Shown here piece by piece: positions 46,305 to 54,133 of a DNA stretch of 64,000 nt. This DNA comes from Verrucomicrobiota bacterium (GTDB taxonomy: Bacteria > Verrucomicrobiota > Verrucomicrobiia > Chthoniobacterales > JAFAMB01). The stretch lies in assembly GCA_019247695.1 (NCBI GenBank), contig JAFBAP010000036.1, positions 27,086 to 91,085 on the forward strand. Direction: 5' to 3'. The position numbers and the translations under genes are program-made. Position 1 is the first letter of the stretch. Each line of letters opens with the position of its first letter. The notes beneath the pieces were generated by a model. That model saw nothing but the letters and a program-made list of their open reading frames with translations. It did no database searches and was not told the DNA's origin.

Positions 46305-49300
46305 ATGGCACCCAACTCATTCATCACGGAGGAAAGGCCGCAACGTTGCCCGGCATGTGGCACGCCTTACCCAGGGCGCGATGCCGCACCAGGCTGCCCC
46401 GTGTGCCTGATTCGGCACGCCCTTGATGCCGAGCCTGGAGAGGAGCTCGGCGCGGAGGCCGGCTCCATGCTTAAAGGCGAGGGCCGGTTTGACCACTACG
46501 AGTTGCTGCGACGCGGCAACGGTACTTTCGACGAACTGGGCCGAGGCGCTATGGGCATCACTTACCGCGCCCGCGACACCGTCCTGGGCCACGCGGTGGC
46601 CTTGAAGGTGCTTGATGCCCGCATCGCGTCCCGCCCGCAAGCTCGGGAGCGCTTCTTGCGGGAAGCTCGCGCCGCCGCGCGGCTGCGGCACCCGAACGTA
46701 GCCGCAGTCTTTTATTACGGGGTGCGCCAAAGCGATGGCCAATGCTTCTACACCATGGAGCTGGTCGAAGGCGAAAGCGTTGAAGCGCGCGTGCGCCGCA
46801 CCGGGCTGCTCGAGACAGCGACGGCCTTGAAAGTTGTGGCGCAGGTGGCCCGCGCCCTGGTGGCCGCTGAACGTCAGGGGGTGGTGCACCGAGACTTAAA
46901 GCCCTCCAACCTGATGCTGGTAAATGGGCCGGAGCTGACGGTGAAAGTCATCGATTTCGGCTTGGCCAAAGCGCCGGCAGCCGATGAGACGAACCTCACC
47001 CAAGGAGGCTTCGTCGGCACGCCTGCCTTTGCCAGCCCCGAGCAATTTGCGGGAGGGTACGTGGACGTCCGGTCGGACCTCTACTCGCTGGGCGTTACGC
47101 TTTGGGAGATGCTGAGCGGCCAAGCGCCTTTCCGCGGCTCCCGGGCGGAGGTGATGGGCCAACACCTGCACGCACCCTTGCCACTCGAACAACTCAAGGG
47201 ACAGCCCCAACCTGCCGTAGCATTGGTTCAGAAGCTTTTGGAGAAAGATCCGGCGCGGCGGTTCCAAAGCCCGACCCAGCTTCTCAAAATGATACCGATG
47301 GTCACCGCCGCGATTAATCCGCAGCGCACCCTTACGGGTCAGGGCTCACCCAAAAAGCTGCCTGCTGCCTCTTCCAGGGTAAGCCGTAAGCCGCCAACCC
47401 GACCGGGACCGAAGAAAATTTCCGTGGCCAGACTGCCCGTGACCGGAGGCAATCTCTTTGGCCGAGAGGAGGAGCTCACGTTTCTCGATGATGCATGGGC
47501 CAACCCGCAGACCAACGCCGTAACCATCGTGGCCTGGGCGGGGGTGGGCAAGTCCACGCTCGTCAACCATTGGCTCCGGCGGATGGCGATCAAACGTTAC
47601 CGGTCTGCTGAGCTCGTGTTCGGCTGGTCGTTCTACCGGCAGGGCACCCGCGGGGACGTTTTGTCGGCTGATGAATTCCTGGATGCGGCATTAGCTTGGT
47701 TTGGCGATCCGGACCCACGGGTCGGCACGGCGTGGGAAAAGGGCGAACGGCTGGCGCGGCTCATCGCCTACCGCCGCACCTTACTGGTGTTGGACGGCCT
47801 CGAGCCGCTGCAGAATCCGCCGGGGCCGCAGGAAGGACGGCTACGCGAGCCCTCGCTTCAGGCGCTGCTGCGCGAGTTGGCTTCCTTCAACCGAGGCCTT
47901 TGCGTGATCACCACGCGGCTGCCGGTGACCGACTTCGCCGAGCACGAGGGCGGCTCCGCCGTTCACCGGGACCTCGACCACCTCTCAGCGAAAGCGGGGG
48001 CGCAGTTGCTGCGGGCCCTGGGCGTTAAGGGGTCGGAAGAGGAGCTGTGCAACGCAAGCGAGGAGTTCGGCGGCCATAGCCTTGCGCTGACTCTTTTAGG
48101 CAGCTACCTGGCCGATGCTTATGACGGGGATATTCGGCACCGTGAAGGGGTGTCACGCCGTCTGGCGGACGACGTGCGCCAAGGCGTCCACGCGCGACGG
48201 GTAATGATCTCGTACCAAAGCTGGTTTGGCGAGGGCGCAGAGTTATCGGTGCTGCGCTTGCTGGGCCTGTTTGATAGACCGGCTGATGAAAAGGCGCTTC
48301 GTGCCTTGCTGAATCCACCCGCGATCCGAGGCCTAACCGAGCCGCTGAGCGGTTTGAGCCCGACTGAGTGGCGATCGGTCCTGGCTCGGTTAAGGAGGGC
48401 GAGGCTCCTGGCGGAGGAGGATCCGCAGCAGCCGGGGCAGTCAGACGCTCACCCGCTCGTTCGCGAATACTTTGGCGAGCAGTTGCGTAGCGAACAGACC
48501 CCGGCCTGGCAGGAAGCCAACCGGCGACTCTACGAATATTACCGCGCGCTGGCGCCGCCGCGGCCCGACAGTTTCAGGGATATGGAGCCCCTCTTTTTGG
48601 CCGTCATTTTCGCCTGCCGGGCCGGTTTACTCCGCGACGCGCTGCACGAGGTGTACCTTCCCCGCATCCAGCGAGGCAATGCCTCCTTCGCTGCCAAAGC
48701 CCTTGGGGTCCGCGGGGCGCTGGTCTCGGCCTTGGCCCATTTTTTTGAAAACGGCCGCTGGGGAGCACTCAGGCAAACGGGCGTCGAAGGGCAAAGCCTC
48801 ACGGCCGAAGACCAGCTCTTTATCTTTATCCAGGCGGCACTCTATCTATCGGCTACGCGAGGATTGGGAGCACCGGAGTCACGCATTTGCTACGAGCGCG
48901 CAGAGGCGTTGTCCCATGTTCTTAACCGTCCCCTGACTTCGTTCTCGGCATTGATCGGTCAGTGGCGTTATTCTCTCATGACGGACAAGCTGACCGCAAC
49001 GATGCAGATCGCCCGTCGCGTTCACGCGCTCGCGCAGGAGCTGAATGACCCCGTCTTCATGATAGGGGCCTATCAATCCCTGGCCGCTACACTTTACTAC
49101 ATGGGCGACTTTGAGTTCGCGCGAAACCACGCGCGGCGCGGCATCGAGCTCTGGTCCCGGGGAGGCATCTCGTCCCCGGTCGAAGAAGTCGACTTACCCG
49201 CGGTTAACTGCCTGTGCCTTGAGGCGCTATCCGACTGGCACCTCGGCGAGATGGCCGCGTGCCAAACGACTATGGCGGAAGCGATCTCGTTAGCGAAGTC

Positions 49301-49886
49301 GCTGAAGGATACGCATGCGCTGGCTGCGGCGTTGTTTCATGCCGGGTGCCTCGGCCAGTTTGAGCATAACCCTGCTGCGGTGGAAGGTGTGGCCTCGGAT
49401 TTGATTGAATTGTCCACGCATCAAAGTTTCGCGATCTGGTTAACTGGAGGGCAGGTGCTCCGCGGCTGGGCGCGGGTTGCTTCCGGCCGCATTGGAGACG
49501 GCCTCGCCTGCATTGAGCAGGCAATGCAGGACCTCCTGGCGACCGGCACGATGCTGAACAAGTCATATGCACTAGCCGTAAAGGCTGAGGCTTTGCATTT
49601 GGCGGATCGTACCCCCCAAGCCCTCGAAGCAATCAAGGAAGCACAAGCCGTGACCGAAATGTCGGAAGAGCGTTGGTGGTGTGCCGAACTGCACAGGCTC
49701 CGCGGGGTATTCCTGGCGGCAACGCGCGCTGACGAGGTCCAAATCGAAGCTGCGTTCTCCGAAGCCATCCGTACGGCCAAGCGGCAGAAGTCGACTTCAT
49801 TGGTCAACCGTGCGGAGGCAGCCTACGCAGAATATTGCTGCCAACGGCCCGGAGGCAGTCCGGATAGAGAAGGTTATGATGAATGA
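46305..49886 (+). CDS. Zn-ribbon / Ser-Thr protein kinase / STAND NTPase / TPR-like sensor protein, PknK/MalT-like (paralogue 2)
   Basis: It is collinear with 33089-36736 over its whole length, roughly 70% identical by eye in the kinase and NTPase parts. It has CPACG..CPVC, HRDLKPSN, DFGLA, Walker A GVGKST (47541-47558), LLVLDGLE and C-terminal CAELHRLRGVFL..TAKRQKS. Confidence 0.9.
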   Translation: MAPNSFITEERPQRCPACGTPYPGRDAAPGCPVCLIRHALDAEPGEELGAEAGSMLKGEGRFDHYELLRRGNGTFDELGRGAMGITYRARDTVLGHAVALKVLDARIASRPQARERFLREARAAARLRHPNVAAVFYYGVRQSDGQCFYTMELVEGESVEARVRRTGLLETATALKVVAQVARALVAAERQGVVHRDLKPSNLMLVNGPELTVKVIDFGLAKAPAADETNLTQGGFVGTPAFASPEQFAGGYVDVRSDLYSLGVTLWEMLSGQAPFRGSRAEVMGQHLHAPLPLEQLKGQPQPAVALVQKLLEKDPARRFQSPTQLLKMIPMVTAAINPQRTLTGQGSPKKLPAASSRVSRKPPTRPGPKKISVARLPVTGGNLFGREEELTFLDDAWANPQTNAVTIVAWAGVGKSTLVNHWLRRMAIKRYRSAELVFGWSFYRQGTRGDVLSADEFLDAALAWFGDPDPRVGTAWEKGERLARLIAYRRTLLVLDGLEPLQNPPGPQEGRLREPSLQALLRELASFNRGLCVITTRLPVTDFAEHEGGSAVHRDLDHLSAKAGAQLLRALGVKGSEEELCNASEEFGGHSLALTLLGSYLADAYDGDIRHREGVSRRLADDVRQGVHARRVMISYQSWFGEGAELSVLRLLGLFDRPADEKALRALLNPPAIRGLTEPLSGLSPTEWRSVLARLRRARLLAEEDPQQPGQSDAHPLVREYFGEQLRSEQTPAWQEANRRLYEYYRALAPPRPDSFRDMEPLFLAVIFACRAGLLRDALHEVYLPRIQRGNASFAAKALGVRGALVSALAHFFENGRWGALRQTGVEGQSLTAEDQLFIFIQAALYLSATRGLGAPESRICYERAEALSHVLNRPLTSFSALIGQWRYSLMTDKLTATMQIARRVHALAQELNDPVFMIGAYQSLAATLYYMGDFEFARNHARRGIELWSRGGISSPVEEVDLPAVNCLCLEALSDWHLGEMAACQTTMAEAISLAKSLKDTHALAAALFHAGCLGQFEHNPAAVEGVASDLIELSTHQSFAIWLTGGQVLRGWARVASGRIGDGLACIEQAMQDLLATGTMLNKSYALAVKAEALHLADRTPQALEAIKEAQAVTEMSEERWWCAELHRLRGVFLAATRADEVQIEAAFSEAIRTAKRQKSTSLVNRAEAAYAEYCCQRPGGSPDREGYDE

Positions 49887-50667
49887 TGGACTCAAGGGGC
49901 GCACGGCACTGATTACCGGTGCGTCGAGCGGCATGGGGATCGATTACGCGCGTGAACTCGCACGGCGCGGCGCGGACCTGATCTTGGTGGCACGCCGGGC
50001 GGATGCACTGGAACGGGTAGCCAAAGAAGTGCGCCAAAATCATGGAAGCCAGGTTCGCGTCACGCCGGCTGATCTCGCCGAAGCGCCCGCTCGGGAACGC
50101 CTGTACCAGGAACTTGAGGCGGAGGGCAGGCGGATTGACCTGCTGATAAATAATGCAGGATTCGGCTTGTTTGGCAACTTTGTTGGATCCGATTGGGAGC
50201 GTGTGAACCAGATGTTACAGCTTGACGTTGTAGCGCTCAGCCACCTGACCCGACTATTCACGCCGGGCATGGTCGAGCGCCGCTGGGGTCGCATCTTGCT
50301 CATTGCTTCCACGGCGGCGTACCAGCCTGTGCCGACTTACGCCGCGTATGGAGCGGCCAAAGGTTACGTCTTATCGTTCGGCGTGGCCCTCAATTACGAA
50401 CTACGGGGTACGGGCGTAAGCTGCACAGTGGCCTGCCCGGGAGTCACCTCTACGGAATTCTTCCAAGTTGCCGGTCAACGCCAAACCCTGTATCAGCGGA
50501 TGACGGTCATGCCAAGCCGCACGGCAGCTGAGTTGGCTCTCAAAGCGCTCTTCGCTCAGCGTCCGTCCATTGTGATCGGCGGAGTGAACGCCTTTATGGC
50601 CCGGACCGTGCGTTTTATGCCCCGCACCTGGGCTGCAACTCTGGCTCACCTGCTCATGAAGAACTGA
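49876..50667 (+). CDS. SDR-family oxidoreductase, start overlapping the kinase-2 stop
   Basis: It has MMNDGLKGRTALITGASSGMG, NNAGFG and YGAAKGY (YxxxK). ATG 49876 lies 11 nt inside the kinase gene (stop 49884-49886). Confidence 0.85.
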   Translation: MMNDGLKGRTALITGASSGMGIDYARELARRGADLILVARRADALERVAKEVRQNHGSQVRVTPADLAEAPARERLYQELEAEGRRIDLLINNAGFGLFGNFVGSDWERVNQMLQLDVVALSHLTRLFTPGMVERRWGRILLIASTAAYQPVPTYAAYGAAKGYVLSFGVALNYELRGTGVSCTVACPGVTSTEFFQVAGQRQTLYQRMTVMPSRTAAELALKALFAQRPSIVIGGVNAFMARTVRFMPRTWAATLAHLLMKN

Positions 50668-50766
50668 CCCGCCTCTCTTCCCGGCCGTCCACGTGCGGTG
50701 GTTTTGCCGATCTGCGTCATACGGGTGTGTTATGCAATCCCGCTCTCACCGAGGCTTTCTCTCAAC

Positions 50767-50787
50767 AGTACGCATTTCTGCGTATTG
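50767..50787. promoter_or_regulatory. Candidate operator, copy B of the shared 21-nt palindrome (agtacgcatttctgcgtattg)
   Basis: The arms tacgca / tgcgta are perfect with a 4-nt spacer. It lies about 80 nt upstream of the 1078-aa dihaem gene. It is 17/21 identical to 38572-38592. Confidence 0.35.
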
Positions 50788-50866
50788 GCAGTGAGGGGTG
50801 GGGACTCCACCATCCGCTGAAAAGCTTGATGCCTTTCCTGCATGCAGTGCGCGATGAACGGATTTT

Positions 50867-53800
50867 TTGGAAGTCTCTATGCAAGCTTCAGATGCGTTTT
50901 CTCACCTCCCAAGCTCAAAGGATGTCAAACGGGCGGCAGCCGGAAGTCATTCCTTCACGACGAATTGCAAACGCATTTTGCCGCGATGGCTTTTGACGTT
51001 CGTTCTGGAGGTCGTGGGCCTGGGTTGCTGGCTTGCCGGCTTCGCGGCGGCGCAGACCCCGGATTCGCTCAAGTACCCTGGAGCGGCTCATGTCCCGGCT
51101 TCGAAACCCGGTTGGGAGCGGTTTCTGACCAAGCCCGACCCGAACGCACCGGAGGACGAGGCGCAGAGTGGGCACACCGCGCTCGGGACGCCGGTGGCCA
51201 AACGGGTCGAGGAATGCTTCCCGGCTGAACCTCGGAATCTGTTCTGGGAGGTAGACCAGGTGGCGAGCGGGCCCGGCGGGAAACTGGAACCGCTTCAGTA
51301 CCATGCAGATCCGACTGGAAGCAAGGTCGACGATCCGGGGCGCAATGCGATCCGCGGCCAGAATACCTGGATGCTGTGGGGCGAAGGCAACGAGGCTTTC
51401 TGGGGTTGGCTGCAGGAGCGTGGTTATGGGCTGGTGGATTTTCTGATCCTCCTGGACTCACGCAAACGCGAGCATCGATTCCATGAAGACGGGCTGATCA
51501 ACCAGCCCGGAATGAAATCGCAAACCGACCCGGCAAAACGGATTCTCGGCCTGTACCTGGATGAGGCGGACGGGGAGGCTATCCGCCTCAAGCCACCCGA
51601 TGAAAAGCTGGATGCCAAAGGGGAACCGCTGATCCGCCCTCCTGAACCGCCCCCGGGGCACCGGCGCCTGGCCCTGTTCGAACCGGGTGATCCCAAGGGG
51701 TACGAGGAGGTCGTGCAGGCGCTGCCAAAGGATGGGGTGGACTACAACGTGTACGGCTACCCGAGCGGCGTCGTCGGATTACGCCTGTTTCCCAATCCCG
51801 ACTTTTTCGGCAGCACGCCCGCCGCGGAAAGGGCACGCGGTTATTGGGAGCAGCGCGTCACGAAATCGAACCGACCAGACGCCTACTATACCGACCCGAA
51901 CGTTTATTCCGATCCCAAGCTGGTACGCCCGTTCCGCCCGAGCATGAGCTGCGCCTTTTGCCACATCGGGCCGCATCCGCTTAACCCGCCTCAGGATCCG
52001 GAAAAGCCGGAATGGAAGAATCTATCTTCGATCATCGGCAACCAGTATTGGAGGCCCACGAAGGCATTCGCGAACCTCACGCAGGAAGACAATTTTCTCT
52101 ACCATTTCATCGCGAGCCAGCAGCCGGGCACCATTGATACCTCTCTGGTCAGCACCGACCACATCAACAACGCAAATACGATCAATGCGATTTTCCAAGT
52201 CCCGGCCCGTCTGGAGCGAGCCCGGAAGAATCCTCCGGAGCAACAATCTACCACCAATTTGCTTGAACCGGGCGCTGAAGACGGGTTTCCGCTTACCGAC
52301 CCGCGGCACACGCCGCGGGTGCTCCTGGACGGTGCTGACAGCATCGGCGTGTTCGGAGCGCTCTGCCGCGTCTACCTGAACATCGGTACATTCTACGAAG
52401 AATGGAGCCGGTGCCATAACCCGATCATCGGCTTTAAGCCCCAGAAGCCTTTCGGGATTGCTACCTGCCGTGCGAACTCGGTGTATTGGCGAACGTCGGA
52501 ACGATACCGTATTCCATACCTGACGGCATTTTTCACGCTGAGGAACGACCGAGCCGGCGACCCGCCTGCGGTGGAAAACGCGACCACGGCCCCGATGCAC
52601 CTCGCAAACGTAAATGACGACGCCCCAGGGGTCAAAGAGATCAAAGCCACGCTGGATCAGGAAAAGGCTGCTGCCGCACAAGGCCGCACGGTGTTCCTGA
52701 ACAATTGTGCGATTTGTCACTCCAGCAAGCAACCGGATGGATTCCAGCTTGAATTCTCCCGCCGTTGGGCGAGTGCCGCGCCGCCGCAGGCGGGCCAACC
52801 CGCCCGCTTCACCCTTCCGATGGGTTTTGCGGAATGGGAGGCGTTCAAAAGAAGCCCGGCGTACGAGGAATACGTTCGGCGTATTTCCGCCTTGGCCGGG
52901 CAACCGGCGCTTGGAAAAGACGCGTTCCTCGAAGATAACTTCTTGTCGACTGATATCCGGGTACCGGTCACCCTCGTAGGCACCAATTCGGGGCGGGCCA
53001 TGGCCACAAACGGCATGCGTGGTCAGGTCTGGGACAACTTCTCGTCCGAAGACTACAAAAATCTGCCGGCAGTGGGACCGGTACGCTTCTACAACCCCTA
53101 CTCCGGCGTACAGCCGGACAGCCTGGGTTTTAACGATGTCTATTACCCGCCCGGCGGTGGCGTCGGCTATTATCGACCGGCCTCACTGGTGAGCCTCTGG
53201 GCAACGGCGCCGTACCTGCATAACAACGCGCTGGGGCTTTACAACCAAAAGCCGTCGGTCGAGGGCCGCCTCGCAGCCTTTGACGACGGCATCAGGAAAC
53301 TTCTCTGGAATTCCAGACGGGTCCCGGATGCGAATCATGCACCGGGAGACCTGCGCTGGGGACAGCCGGAGCTCACTTCAGGCGATCCGGGCTTCATCTA
53401 TCGCACGCCCCAGGTCACCTGGATCAACATTCCCGGGCCGTTTATCAGGGAGTTGATCGAAGGCCTCACCGGCCCGTTCTGGACGCCGTTTCTTACCCTT
53501 TACCTGTGGCTGCTGGTGGCGGTGTTGCTCGCCCTGCTGGCCTGGTGGGGGCGGCCCCGTCACGTGGCGCTGGTGCTGACCCTGGTCGCGCTGATTACCG
53601 CGGCCGGCATCGTCGTGAGCCGTCTTGACCGGGTATACTGGGTTGTGTGGCTTGTACCGGCAGTCGCGCTCGCCTTTGCATTCTGGCTCTGGTTCGGCAC
53701 GCCGTCCCGGCTGGCAGGGCGCATCGTCCTCGGGGTTCTCATTCTGCTGAGTCTCGGGATCGGTTACGCCGCCGATCGCTTTGTCAACGGTGGATTCGGT

Positions 53801-54103
53801 GATTTGAAGTTTGGACCGATCCCGGAAGGTACGCCGGTAAATTTGCTGATGAACATTAATCCCGAGGCTCCGCCCGAGGTAACACTCAACGCCGGAACCG
53901 CGCTGGTGCGGGGCATCCTTCTGGTCCGGAAACACCATCTGAAAGGCAAACCCGCGCTGCATGCCTTTGAAAAGGAAGCCGGGTTGCCCCTGCTGAAAGC
54001 AAGCAAGTGCCCGGACTTTGTGCTCGACCGCGGCCATTGGTTCGGCGAGGCCCTGTTGGACGACGAGAAAAATCAGTTGATTGCCTTTCTGAAAACACTG
54101 TAG
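50867..54103 (+). CDS. Large exported dihaem c-type protein with four C-terminal TM segments
   Basis: 1078 aa. The signal/anchor is WLLTFVLEVVGLGCWLAGFAAA. The CxxCH sites are CAFCH (51950-51964) and CAICH (52706-52720). The APYLHNNALG box is similar to that of the 478-aa dihaem protein. The four C-terminal hydrophobic helices begin with FLTLYLWLLVAVLLALLAWW. The exact start is uncertain. Confidence 0.65.
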   Translation: MEVSMQASDAFSHLPSSKDVKRAAAGSHSFTTNCKRILPRWLLTFVLEVVGLGCWLAGFAAAQTPDSLKYPGAAHVPASKPGWERFLTKPDPNAPEDEAQSGHTALGTPVAKRVEECFPAEPRNLFWEVDQVASGPGGKLEPLQYHADPTGSKVDDPGRNAIRGQNTWMLWGEGNEAFWGWLQERGYGLVDFLILLDSRKREHRFHEDGLINQPGMKSQTDPAKRILGLYLDEADGEAIRLKPPDEKLDAKGEPLIRPPEPPPGHRRLALFEPGDPKGYEEVVQALPKDGVDYNVYGYPSGVVGLRLFPNPDFFGSTPAAERARGYWEQRVTKSNRPDAYYTDPNVYSDPKLVRPFRPSMSCAFCHIGPHPLNPPQDPEKPEWKNLSSIIGNQYWRPTKAFANLTQEDNFLYHFIASQQPGTIDTSLVSTDHINNANTINAIFQVPARLERARKNPPEQQSTTNLLEPGAEDGFPLTDPRHTPRVLLDGADSIGVFGALCRVYLNIGTFYEEWSRCHNPIIGFKPQKPFGIATCRANSVYWRTSERYRIPYLTAFFTLRNDRAGDPPAVENATTAPMHLANVNDDAPGVKEIKATLDQEKAAAAQGRTVFLNNCAICHSSKQPDGFQLEFSRRWASAAPPQAGQPARFTLPMGFAEWEAFKRSPAYEEYVRRISALAGQPALGKDAFLEDNFLSTDIRVPVTLVGTNSGRAMATNGMRGQVWDNFSSEDYKNLPAVGPVRFYNPYSGVQPDSLGFNDVYYPPGGGVGYYRPASLVSLWATAPYLHNNALGLYNQKPSVEGRLAAFDDGIRKLLWNSRRVPDANHAPGDLRWGQPELTSGDPGFIYRTPQVTWINIPGPFIRELIEGLTGPFWTPFLTLYLWLLVAVLLALLAWWGRPRHVALVLTLVALITAAGIVVSRLDRVYWVVWLVPAVALAFAFWLWFGTPSRLAGRIVLGVLILLSLGIGYAADRFVNGGFGDLKFGPIPEGTPVNLLMNINPEAPPEVTLNAGTALVRGILLVRKHHLKGKPALHAFEKEAGLPLLKASKCPDFVLDRGHWFGEALLDDEKNQLIAFLKTL

Positions 54104-54133
54104 CGCCCGCACCTTACCTAACCCTAACAGGAC

